Below are positions 1 to 9,521 of a DNA stretch of 22,548 nt, one piece after another (position 1 is the first letter of the stretch; every line of letters starts with the position of its first letter). Where the stretch lies: NCBI RefSeq assembly GCF_006345805.1, contig NW_021836896.1:1-22548 (forward strand), read 5' to 3'. Below the pieces are notes generated by a model, which was not told the origin of the DNA, searched no databases, and saw nothing but the letters and a program-made list of their open reading frames with translations. The position numbers and the translations under genes are program-made. The stretch is from Octopus sinensis. Lineage: Eukaryota.

Positions 1-197
1 TATATACATGTAGGGACATTTGTCGTGGGAGAAGTTTAATGAAGTCAGAGAGGTGTGACTATCACAAAATTTACTTTTATTGTGTGTGTGTGTGTGTGTG
101 CGTGTGTTAAATATAAAACACACACACAATCACAAAAAGATGCAGTATATTATTTTAGAACATTGCATTTCAGTCGATCTCTTATTCCTCATATTAC

Positions 198-552
198 TCT
201 CTCCCTCTCTCTCTCTCTCCTCTCTGCCTCTCTCTCTCCTCTCTGCCCCTCTCTCTCTCCTCTCTGCCTCTCTCTCTCCTCTCTCCCCCTCTCTTCTCTC
301 TGCCTCTCTCTCCTCTCTCCCTCTCTCTCCTCTCTCTCGCTCTCTCTCCTCTCTGCTTCTCTCTCTCCTCTCTGCCTCTCTCTCCTCTCTTCCTCTCTCT
401 CTCCTCTCTCCCTCTCTCTTCTCTCTGCCTCTCTCTTCTCTCTGCCTCTCTCCCCTCTCTCTCTCCTCTCTGCCTCTCTCTCTCCTCTCTGCCTCTTTCT
501 CCTCTCTTCCTCTCTCTCCTCTCTCCATCTCTCTCCTCCCCCCCTCTCTCTC
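198..552. repeat. Complex (CT)n microsatellite with CTCTGCCT variants
   Basis: Directly visible. It accounts for most of ORFs 55..690, 80..583, 130..570, 189..662 and 194..709. Confidence 0.97.
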
Positions 553-576
553 GGGTTTTTGTGTATGCATGTGTGT

Positions 577-909
577 ATGTTAAAACACCAAGAGGATGGA
601 ATGTTTTGGTTTTTCTCCGATGAGAAAACCTTCGTCCAGCACCAAAAAGTAAACCAAAGCAATGACAGATCGTTATGCAGAGGCCCATGAGGTTCGAACG
701 GTCATGCATACTAACTTCCCAGCAACTGTGATTGTTCTAGGAGTCGTCAGCAATGAGGGAGATATCATGTGTCCTCGCTTTTTGCACAAGGCTTAAAAGC
801 GAATGCCACTTTCTAAAATAAAGGTGCTGGAGAAAGTTGTTAACCCCCGAGTAGACAGGCTACGCAACGGAAGACCATGTGTCATCCAACAGAACTCTGA
901 GCGCCATCA
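577..909 (+). pseudogene. Tc1/mariner DD37D (maT-like) transposase remnant, 5' part of catalytic domain
   Basis: Across stops and frameshifts it reads LKHQEDGMFWFFSDEKTF..KVNQSNDR / EVRTVMHTNFPATVIVLGVVSNEGDIM / KVLEKVVNPRVDRLRNGRPCVIQQNS. These match the SDEK, FPAxVMVLGVVS and QQDSAP motifs of DD37D transposases, with D2 mutated to N. Confidence 0.88.
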
Positions 910-992
910 GCCGATTTTTAGAACGAGGTTAAGTGTTAGGGGCTTGCTCCACCTTTGCCACGGGTTGGCCTGGTAGAGCAGTACTTAATAAA
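910..992 (+). mobile_element. Short 5'-truncated retroelement 3' stub with stem-loop and TAA/A-rich tail
   Basis: Lies between direct repeats AACTCTG(AG)CGCCATCA (893-909) and AACTCTGCGCCATCA (1439-1453). Contains TGCTCCACC...GGTAGAGCA (8/9 complementary) around a GCCA-cgggt-TGGC hairpin and ends in TTAATAAA. Family not recognised. Confidence 0.5.
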
Positions 993-1430
993 GGTGGCGA
1001 GCTGGCAGAAACGTTAGCACGCCAGGTGAAATGCTTAGCGGTATTTCATCTGCCGTTACGTTCTGAGTTCAAATTCCGCCGAGGTCGACTTTGCCTTTCA
1101 TCCTTTTGGGGGTCGATAAATTAAGTACCAGTTACGCACTGGGGTCGATATAATCGACTTAATCCGTTTGTCTGTCCTTGTTTGTCCCCTCTATGTTTGG
1201 ACCCTTGTGGGCAATAAAGAAATAAGAAACGTTAGCACGCCGGGTGAAATGCTTAGCGGTATTTCATCTGCCGTTACGTTCTGAGTTCAAGTTCCGCCGA
1301 GGTCGACTTTGCCTTTCATCCTTTTGGGGGTCGATAAATTAAGTACCAGTTACGCATTGGTGTCGGTATAATCGACTTAATTCCTTTGTCTGTCCTTGTT
1401 TGTCTCCTCTGTATGGGCAATAACGAAATT
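993..1430 (+). mobile_element. SINE family A, head-to-tail dimer
   Basis: tRNA-like head GGTGGCGAGCTGGCAGAA...GTTCAAATTCC, core GAGGTCGACTTTGCCTTTCATCC and tail AAAGAAATA. The second unit starts at about 1226 and lacks the first ~13 nt. Confidence 0.93.
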
Positions 1431-1438
1431 AAAAAAAA

Positions 1439-1865
1439 AACTCTGCGCCATCACATAAGGCTTGGAAAACCCAAACATGGGTGCGCGTGCTAAACTTCTT
1501 GATTATGTTCTTTCAGACGCATGACCTCCCCGCTCACCAGAACTCAGCCCACTGGACTATTTACGAAGAGAACGCAGTCGAGAGAGCGGTCAATCAACAC
1601 CCCCACAACACCATACAATCTCTCAAGTCCGCCATTACAGTATTATGACAAAAATTGATAAAGCTCATCTGATTCGGACATGTCAACACTTCTGAACCCT
1701 TGTTGAAACAGCCATTGATGCTAATGATGGATTTATTGAATAGGAGTAAGAAAGGATTCTCAAGGTTATTTGTACCAATTTGTTTTCAAATACCGCTTTT
1801 CATTGATGAGCTATGCGTCTTTTTCTAAATTCATACACATGCCTTTAAAAACTGGTGCATGCTGT
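1439..1865 (+). pseudogene. DD37D (maT-like) transposase remnant, 3' part and probable right end
   Basis: Reads NSAPSHKAWKTQTW...*PPRSPELSPLDY...NQHPHNTIQSLKSAI...HLIRTCQHF*TLVETAIDANDGFIE*, with the stop at 1741-1743. After correcting a frameshift, 37 residues separate D2 and D3. The right end near ...GCATGCTGTA (1865) is a guess because no matching left TIR was found. Confidence 0.85.
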
Positions 1866-2179
1866 ACTCATGTGTGCATGTACTAGTTGCTCAGCGGATG
1901 TCAACATAAAGCTAAAGATTAGCAACAAAAAAAACGTTTACGCTGAAATATTGGAAATTGACTGCTTTTGCACTCTGGTTTGGGGTACTAAGACATGTAA
2001 TATATCGCCTCGGTACCAGTATTGATAACTTAGGTTGTGCAAAACCAGAAATGGGAAGACTGCAGATAAAGCTATCGACAAAACTGTAAAAAAAATTTAA
2101 AACTTTCTAAAAGTTAAACATCTATTATATAAATATGCAGATATTTAGCCATGTATGAATATACATACATAAATCATGA

Positions 2180-2367
2180 AGAAAGGCTGAAGACGCTCGA
2201 CCTTTATTCTCTAGAAAAACTACGACGCCGTGGTGATCTCATTCTTGCTCACAACATCATAAGCGGAAAGTGTAACCTCTCGAAAGAGCTGTACTTCACT
2301 CCTGCTCCAGAGCGTCGGCTGCGGGGTCACTCCGAAAATCTCCATCTGCGACGATTTCATCTCAATC
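2180..2367 (+). mobile_element. CR1-clade LINE ORF2 C-terminal fragment (188 bp, truncated at both ends)
   Basis: Encodes ERLKTLDLYSLEKLRRRGDLI...RLRGHSENL, the CR1 motif YEERL..L.L.SLE.RR.RGDLI. It differs from 2453-2640 at 4 positions. Confidence 0.92.
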
Positions 2368-2452
2368 TTTATCGGTGTTTAAAATATTAAAAGAAATGCA
2401 AACAAGAAAGATAACTCCCATGAAACAAATTGATCGATTTGTGTGGACCATA

Positions 2453-2851
2453 AGAAAGGCTGAAGACACTCGACCTTTATTCTCTAGAGAAACGACGACG
2501 CCGTGGTGATCTCATTCTTGCTCACAACATCATAAGCGGAAAGTGTAACCTCTCGAAAGAGCTGTTCTTCACTCCTGCTCCAGAGCGTCGGCTGCGGGGT
2601 CACTCCGAAAATCTCCATCTGCGACGATTTCATCTCAATCGAAGGAGAGGGGCTTTCTCCGTTCGGGTTGCGGATCCGTGGAATAAGCTGCCGGACGAGA
2701 TAGTGAAGATGCCGACGACCGCTCGGTTCAAAGTCTCTCTTGACCAGAAATGGCCTGAACTCTTTGCATAAACACCCTCCCTGTACATAACTCCATGTCC
2801 CCCTACATGGCCTTGCTTTTTGTTTTTCGAGCCAAAATTAACTTAACTTAA
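2453..2851 (+). mobile_element. CR1-clade LINE 3' end (ORF2 C-terminus, 3'UTR, TTAAC tail)
   Basis: Reads ..RGHSENLHLRRFHLNRRRGAFSVRVADPWNKLPDEIVKMPTTARFKVSLDQKWPELFA*. The 3'UTR has the hairpin CCATGT-ccccct-ACATGG and the tail is (TTAAC)3. Confidence 0.93.
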
Positions 2852-3060
2852 CAAATCTGCACTGAATACTTGCTAACATACACGCATACATACACAACAA
2901 CCCGGTTGATTTTGAATTTCATTGAAGGATTCATGAATGTAGGCTAGAAACCGGTTCTTTCTCCTGTGGCAAGAATCTGTCCTGTTATACTTAGTGTTCA
3001 TTCATTGAATTACTGTATCTCTGTGTCTCTGTATCCCTGCCCCGCCTCTCTCTTTGCGTG

Positions 3061-3380
3061 GCCCCTTGGATAAATGTGTTTTGCTATAGCCTCAGGTTGA
3101 CCAAAGCCTTTTGAGTGGATTTGATAGACGGAAACTGGAAGAAGCCTACCGTGTATATGCGTGCACGCGTGTGTTTGTGTCTGTGTTTGTTCACCACCAG
3201 CGATTGATAACCGGTGTTGGTGTCTTTCCGTCCTCGTAACTAAGTCCGATAAAGTAAGCACCAGACTTAAAAGACAAACAAAAAAAAGTACCGGGGTCGA
3301 TTCGCTGGACTAAAAATTCTCCAAGGTGGTGCACCAAGATGGTCGCAGTCTAATGACTGAAGCATGTAAAACATAAAGAT
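3061..3380 (+). mobile_element. SINE family B, old degenerate headless copy
   Basis: Aligns by eye to 12295-12714 (GACCAAAGCC, GACGGAAACTG, GGGGTCGAT, GCAGTC..ATGACTGAA). Confidence 0.8.
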
Positions 3381-3532
3381 ATATGCTTGTTGGATGATAT
3401 TGTTAAAAGCAGCTTATTAGCTATTTCTAAACAATTACATAGATGTAAGCAGAGTTGACCTGCCATAGTTTTGTACTCGGATACAGTAAACAGCGACTGC
3501 TTAACGTGTCTGATTGAGCTGGATGGAGAACA

Positions 3533-3540
3533 ATAGAGAT

Positions 3541-3598
<58 letters not shown>

Positions 3599-3628
3599 TA
3601 GATAGAGAGAGAGAGAGAGCGAATAGAT

Positions 3629-3666
<38 letters not shown>

Positions 3667-3970
3667 ATAGAGAGGATGATAGAGAGAGAGAGGATGATAG
3701 AGAGAGATGAGAGAAATAGAGAGAGAGAGAGGATATAGAGAGAGAGAGAGGATGATAGAGAGAGAGAGAGAATGATAGAGAGAGAGAGAGGATGATAGAG
3801 AGAGAGAGAGGAGATAGAGATAGAGAGAGAAGAGGGAGAGAGAGAGAATGAGAGAAAGAGAGAGGAGAGGCGATAGAGAAAGAGAGAAGAGAGGAGAGAG
3901 AGAGAGATAGCGAGAGAGAGAGAGAGAGAGCGAGAGGAGAAAGGAAGCGGGAGAGAGAGGACAGGAGAAA
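3533..3970. repeat. Complex (GA)n microsatellite with GATGATA motifs
   Basis: Directly visible. It explains most of ORF 3427..4143. Confidence 0.97.
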
Positions 3971-4348
3971 AGTGAGATTTGTTTATTGAGTTTTGTCGAT
4001 TTCGGTTCTGGCGAATTATTGATTTCGCAGTTCTGAAATCGTTTTTTTTTTTTTATATATATATACCTCAGATGAATACAACTCTGTGTAGACTTGTTCA
4101 TTGGAACAGAAATGGCCTGCTTTCTACACGTCGTCTTACACATTTTGGGCTAGCATGACCTGCTCTGCCGCACCGTTTGGAATTGGATTTCAACAAACCT
4201 TACAGCACTACCCAAAGATATTCCACTTCAATGACACCGATCTTGTTGTGGCAATGATGGGGAAGGGGGAAGGCAGTGGGGTGGCGGTGGTGGCGGTGGT
4301 GGTGATAGTGATGATGATGATAGTGGTATTAGTAGTAGTAAAAGTTAA

Positions 4349-4570
4349 GGCGGCGAGCTGGCAGAAACGTTAGCACTCCGGGTGAAATGCTTAGCGGTAG
4401 GTATTTCGTCTGCCGTTACGTTCTGAGTTCAAATTCCGCCGAGGTCGACTTTGCCTTTCATCCTTTCGGCGTCGATTAAATAAGTACCAGTTACGCACTG
4501 GGGTCGATTTAATCGACTTAATCCCTTTGTCTGTCCTTGTTTGTCCTCTCTTGTGGGTAGTAAAGAAATA
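4349..4570 (+). mobile_element. SINE family A monomer inserted in a (GGT/GAT/AGT)n tract
   Basis: Full head to the GAAATA tail. TSD-like flanks are GGTATTAGTAGTAGTA (4325-4340) and GGTATTattAGTAGTAG from 4571. Confidence 0.93.
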
Positions 4571-4607
4571 GGTATTATTAGTAGTAGTAGTCGTCGTAGT
4601 CATCGTA

Positions 4608-4686
4608 GGCGTAGGAGTGGCTGTGTGGTAAGTATCTTGCTTACAAACCACACGGTTCCGGGTTCAGTCCCTCTGCGTGGCACCTT
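4608..4686 (+). mobile_element. SINE family B, tRNA-like head fragment
   Basis: GGCGTAGGAGTGGCTGTGTGGTAAG...GGTTCAGTCCC...GGCACCTT matches the 5' end of the 12295 copy. Confidence 0.9.
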
Positions 4687-4972
4687 ACTCTAAAAATATG
4701 TGCTGCAGGCTTGGCAGTTATTCACTCTTTAACTGCTTTAGTTTTTCCAAAGTATTAATTAACCCCTTCACGTCTTATAAACTTACTAATACTTACAGAT
4801 GACAGTAACCCCATACAATGCTTTCAGCTCCTCCATGCTTCGTAGTTTTTGAAATACTCACACAGGGGAATCTCTCAATAGCTCTGATGTCAATACAAAT
4901 ATCAAGGATATCAATACAAATTCTGATTCATCATCCCAATGCAAGTCCTGATTCATCCCAGAAAACGCGAAC

Positions 4973-5628
4973 CCAGTTTGAATCACAATTATCCAGCCTA
5001 TAAAGAAGTACAAACTGTTTTGCATGTTCTACTCGACTAATCTGTAGAGCTCAATAACTCAATGTTCCGGGCTTAACAAACCCTTTTTTCCCTGCAGCAA
5101 CACCAGTTTTCTGCAAGTGTAAATAAAACCTTTTCACTTTACAGCAGACAGAAAAAATAGGAATTTTTTTCTCCTTTAATGGTTTGTAGAAATCAAAATA
5201 ATAATTGATATGGCGACTTTCTTGGGTATCAATATCAATATAAAATATTGATCCCTCGTCCCTGAGGACTCCTTGAAACCAGTTTGAATCACAATTATTA
5301 GGCCTATAAAGAAGTACAAACTGTTTTACATGTTCTACTCGACTAATCTGTTGAGCTCAATAACTCAATGTTCCGGGCTTAACAAACCCTTTTTTTTCCT
5401 GCAGCAGCACCTGTTTTCTGCAAGTGTAAAACCTTTTCGCTTTACAGCAGACAGAAAAAAATAGGAATTTTTTTCTCCTTTAATGGTTTGTAGAAATCAA
5501 AATAATAATTGATATGCCGACGTTCTGGGGTATCAATATCAATATAAAATCTTGATCCCTCGTCTCTGAGGACTCCTTGAAACCAGTTTGAATCACAAGT
5601 ACCAGGCTTATAAACGGAAGTACAAAAT
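4973..5628. repeat. Tandem repeat, period 306 then 304 bp (2 full units plus a partial), with another 135-bp copy at about 6008-6142
   Basis: CCAGTTTGAATCACAA starts at 4973, 5279 and 5583. The block GGCTTAACAAACCC...GTAGAAATCAAAATA recurs at about 6008-6142. Confidence 0.95.
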
Positions 5629-5653
5629 ATTCTCAATGCTTTACTCAATTAAT

Positions 5654-5822
5654 GTGGTGAGTTGGTAGAATCATTAGCGCGGCGGACAAAATGTTTGGCA
5701 GTATTTCTTCCGACTCATTACTTTCTGAGTTCAAATACTGCCTAGGTCAACCTTGCCTTTCATCATTTGAGCATTTCCTAAAAATTTCAGGTCTTGTGCC
5801 TATTGTAGAAAGAAAATGTTTT
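5654..5822 (+). mobile_element. SINE family C (A-related head and core, tail AAATTTCAGGCCTTGTGCCTA), internally deleted
   Basis: Head GGTGAGTTGGTAGAA, CTGAGTTCAAAT, GCCTTTCATC and tail AATTTCAGGTCTTGTGCCTA. Lies between 15-bp direct repeats at 5631-5645 and 5873-5887. Confidence 0.8.
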
Positions 5823-7249
5823 ATTTGATTAACAGTGGCGTCCTAGTACATCTTTCAGGGGTCAAACCGGCCTCTCAATGCTTTACTGTAATGAGTCTGC
5901 TAGAAACAGTCTTGTTTCTACCAGTTCCAAAGTCCGTTGACAGTTGTCGCAGGCTTTTTTCCTTTTATGAAAAATCGCTGTTTTTTTTTAAAATCTTTAT
6001 TTGTAGCGGTTCCAGGCTTAACAAACCCTTTTTTTCCTGCAGCAGCACCAGTTTTCTGCAAGTGTAAAACCTTTTCGCTTTACAGCAGACAGAAAAAAAT
6101 AGGAATTTTTTTTTCTCCTTTAATGGTTTGTAGAAATCAAAATATGCTGTACCTGCTTTCTAAAGAAATAGTAATTTGATCTTTATCTGCATCAGCGCAG
6201 AATTCTTTATCCTTTAAGACATATCTAACACAAAAGGAAAAAAATCCCTCAAAAAACAACGGCTTAATGTAGCTATCCACATTGTAATTAGAGCTAATTA
6301 TGCATAGCTTTTGACATTTAAAATTACTTCTAAGTTCTTGACATTTCAGAATTGTTATTTTAAACTTTATATTCTAAAGCCAATACTATCATTTAGCTCT
6401 ATAAGTACAGTTTTAATCCCTTCTTTCTTATATGAGATATTGGCCCTTAACGATAATAGAAGAAAAATCTGGGAAGTTTGGGATTTTCGTTTTTCTACAT
6501 AAGTGATTTTCGACGAAAAATACTATTGAGAGCGCTTTGGAAGAAGTATTCCTGCTTTTGAAGCAAATAACTTATTTAAACTGCTATATATGCAACACTT
6601 TTTACGCACAGAATTCACGAAAACATACGTAACTCATTTTTTGTCGACGCCTGTACATACACACACACACACATGTACGCACACACTTATGTACTTATAC
6701 ATACCTACACATAGACGTACACAGTACACATCTCATACACATGCATGCTTACTTATATGTATAGTTAATTTCTCTCTCGTTTTATTTGTTTATGTATGTG
6801 TAAACATAAATGTGTGTATAAAAACAAGTGTGTACAAATATATAAACTTGAATGTAATTATTTTTTTTCTTCTGCGAGTCCCTGCGTATCGATTATTTAA
6901 GATGTTTTGTTTCAATAATGGAAATGGAAAATCGATCAGAGATTTGCGAAGAATATGCAAACAGAATAGCAGAATGTACGAATTAATGTCAAAACAGGAT
7001 CAGAATCGTGGAACATTATGTTATTTGGTGCATCTCTTCGGAGAATAAAACGCAGTGATTTTTTGAGTCCAGCCCGCTCATTAAAGTTTCTTTTGTTTAG
7101 TTGTATCTTTGACATGCTCTTTATCTTCAATTACTCAAAATTTAATTATTCTCAAAGGGGGAATTGATGGTCCCACCTCGGGAGAAAATTTTGAAATTAA
7201 ATGTTCTTGCAATAATTTAAATCGCTCCAATAATATCTTTATCTTGTAT

Positions 7250-7450
7250 CTTTTGCTTGTTTCAGTCATTAGACTTCGGCCATGCTGGGGTACCGCCTTA
7301 AATAACTTTTGTTTTTTTTTTAAGCCTGGTACTTATTTTATCAGTCTCTTTTTGTTACAACGCTAAGTTATTGCTTCAAACAAAGGGACGAAAGGCGAAA
7401 TAAACCCCAACGGATTTGAACTCAGAACGTAAAAGGACGTATGTAAATAC
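7250..7450 (-). mobile_element. Degenerate SINE remnants (B-type 3' end, then A/C-type core)
   Basis: CTTGTTTCAGTCATT..GGCCATGCTGGGG (B tail) and GATTTGAACTCAGAACGTAA (A/C core). Confidence 0.7.
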
Positions 7451-7480
7451 CTGTAACTTTTTGTCTACTATTCATCCTTC

Positions 7481-7641
7481 CATCTTCGTCCGTCTTTACG
7501 ATCTGAGTTCAAATTCCGCCGAGGTCAGCTTTGCCTTTCGTCCCCTCGGAGTCGATAAAATAAGTCCCAGTTGAACGCTGGGATCGATGCAATCGATTTG
7601 CCGCCTCCCTTAAATTTCAGGCCTTGTGCCTATCGCAGATA
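7481..7641 (+). mobile_element. SINE family C, 5'-truncated
   Basis: CTGAGTTCAAATTCCGCCGAGGTC...AAATTTCAGGCCTTGTGCCTA. Confidence 0.88.
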
Positions 7642-7642
7642 A

Positions 7643-7980
7643 CTCTCTTTTACTCTTTTACTTGTTTCAGTCATTTGACTGCGGCCATGCTGGAGCACCG
7701 CTTTTAATCGAGCAACTCGACCTCAGGACTTATTCTTTGAAAGCCCGGTACTTACTCTATCGGTCTCTTTTGCCGAACCACTAAGTAACGGGGACATAAG
7801 CGCACCAGCATCGGTTGTCAAGTAATGCTAGGGGGACAAACATAAACATACATGCACACATACATATATAAATATATACGACGGGCTTCTTTCAGTTTCC
7901 GTCCACCAAATCCACTCACAAGGCTTTGGTCGGCCCGAGGCTATAGAAGACACTTGCCCAAGAAGCCATGCAGTGGGACT
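7643..7980 (-). mobile_element. SINE family B, lacking most of the head
   Basis: Reverse complement of the 12295 copy from the (AAAAGAGT)n tail to GCAGTGGGACT. Confidence 0.95.
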
Positions 7981-7984
7981 TATA

Positions 7985-8405
7985 TAACTGTTTAATATTT
8001 GGTAGATTGATACAAATTTCTACTGCATCACTGGCTATACCACCCTGTTACTAGGGTGTGTGCAGCATTGTATGTTCTTTTCAGCTGTTGGGAGTGTGCG
8101 AATTCTTCTCGGTACTGTATTGTGTTGCTTTTTCTCTTGAGGTGTGGTGCTGTCTTTTGTTGTGTTACTGCTTGTATAGTGTGTTGAATGTGTAATGCTT
8201 TGGTTTTCTAGCTTGCTGGTGGGAGTTTATTTCTCTGGCTAAATGCTGTATAGAGTGCGTTGTGTATTTATGGGATGTTTTGTTTAGGTTATATTACTGG
8301 ATTGATAGTGTCTTGCGCAGGATGTGGGCTATTCCTAACAGGGCTACTTTTTGGACAGTGTGTAGTGTTGAGGATCCAGGCATAATTTCTACATTTTTGT
8401 TCATG
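7985..8405 (-). mobile_element. R4/Dong-like (RLE-endonuclease) non-LTR retrotransposon 3' end
   Basis: Minus strand reads NVEIMPGSSTLHTVQKVALLGIAHILRKTLSIQ* (stop 8294-8296), matching the R4/Dong C-terminal LQK.ALLGTA.ILRK.L motif, followed by about 300 nt of 3'UTR. Boundaries are approximate. Confidence 0.8.
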
Positions 8406-8414
8406 ATTCTTTAT

Positions 8415-8518
8415 CAGTCCACTCAGCTGGCAAAAATGAGTAACGCTGCGATGGACTGGCGTCCCGTCCAGCTGGGGAACACTTACGCCATAGAAACCGG
8501 AAAACCAGTCCATGAGCC
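8415..8518 (+). mobile_element. SINE 3' fragment related to family G, with a V-domain-like motif
   Basis: CAGTCCACTCAGCTG...AAATGAG is shared with the 14836 copy. It continues with CTGCGATGGACTGGCGTCCCGTCCAG, which resembles the V-SINE central motif as I recall it. Confidence 0.65.
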
Positions 8519-8565
8519 TAGTTAGGCTTTAAAAGGGCGCATTTATTTTTATTTATTATATATAA

Positions 8566-8766
8566 GAGCGCATGACCTAATGGTTGGGGTGTTGCATTCA
8601 TGATCACTGGGATCATAGTTTCAATTCCTAGACCGGGTGGTACATTGTGTTCTTGAGCAAAACACTTCATCTCACGTTGTTCTGCGATCACTTCGACACC
8701 TGACGTTTGGTACACCGTTCACCTGTTCAGGCAACGTTGATTTTGACGGAGGGAGTGAGCTAATGT
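8566..8766 (+). mobile_element. tRNA-derived SINE family E, 3'-truncated
   Basis: A-box-like TGACCTAATGGTTGG and B-box-like GTTTCAATTCC, then TGTGTTCTTGAGCAAAACACTT, shared with family G. Confidence 0.8.
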
Positions 8767-9448
8767 GAGGGAGAGTCCACCAGGTGTCTATTTATATTTT
8801 CTTTCTATCTGCCACCTTTCAACCTCTACGTTGCTTCTATCTCTTCCTTGGCCTTTTTCTCTTCCTCCACTCCCCATTTCTCTTCCTCCCCTCCATTTTT
8901 AATACCACGTGACCATCCCATTTTTGCTTTCAGCCTTTTATGCCGTATGTGATCGCTGACCTGTTCGCTCATGCTTCTCTTGGGCTCTCACCTTCGCATT
9001 TACCTTTAAGCTCGTCTTATTTTCCCATCTTTCATTGTATCTTTCCTTCTATTTATTTCATCCTCTCACCTTTCTTTCTATCTTTCTATCCCTCTACTTT
9101 TCTTTTCAAGTCATACGGGACGCCATTTTCCATTACTGTTCATTCTGCAAAATGTTTTGTCTTAATGCTGTCTTATAGCCGTAAGGTCTTTATTTGTATG
9201 TATATAGTTATATATGTACCAACTACCTATGTTGTTTATTTGTTTTCGTCACCGTCCTTCACGTTTGCTCATTTGTTCCCAACAGCTTTTTACTGCTGAC
9301 GGCACCAAAATGAACAATTCTTATCGTCAAAGGCGCGAAATTGTTATGATTTTTGGATGACAACTGACATACACGTCCGCATCTTTTGTGTGAATTTTCC
9401 GCGCATTCCGTTATCGTCTTCCTGTACATTTTTCAAAAATTACACGCA

Positions 9449-9462
9449 ACACACATACACGC

Positions 9463-9519
<57 letters not shown>
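9449..9519. repeat. (CA)n microsatellite
   Basis: Directly visible. Confidence 0.97.

Positions 9520-9521
<2 letters not shown>

Larger units (their letters stand above)
4690..6230 (-). pseudogene. Tc1-like transposase remnant, rearranged and internally amplified
   Basis: Minus-strand pieces in Tc1 order: DADKDQITISLESR; LKEKKIPIFSVCCKVKR..LQKTG (HTH-like); KPGTLS..SRVEHAKQ; W-DDESEF; ERFPC..KTTKHGGAESIVWG (cf. TVKHGGGSVMVWG); VKGLIN...LPSL. Many stops and frameshifts. Assigned by motif recall. Confidence 0.7.

Noticed and set aside
55-709. Long S/L-rich and R/E-rich ORFs on both strands
   Set aside because: Translations of the (CT)n tract. Only the last 37 codons of ORF 55..690 are meaningful, as transposase remnant.
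4070-4260. ORF 4101..4373 and a minus-strand CGRAGHASPKC knuckle-like motif
   Set aside because: The first Cys is missing, stops flank the motif, splice sites are weak, and the ORF tail is simple repeat.
4391-4651. Recurrent ORF MRNWYLFNRPRKDERQSRPRRNLNSER (also 11930, 14663 and 19498)
   Set aside because: An incidental antisense reading of the SINE-A core.
6153-6224. 72-nt minus-strand exon-like segment with good splice signals (YVLKDKEFCADADKDQITISLES)
   Set aside because: Better explained as the N-terminal part of the Tc1-like remnant. Exonisation is not excluded without RNA data.
6880-7048. Unique stretch at the end of ORF 6590..7048 (MFCFNNGNGKSIRDLRR...)
   Set aside because: The ORF starts in simple repeats, and no recognisable domain or paired splice sites were found.
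9287-9361. Acceptor TTCCCAACAG followed by LFTADGTKMNNSYRQRREIVMIFG*
   Set aside because: No convincing donor and no recognised homolog.
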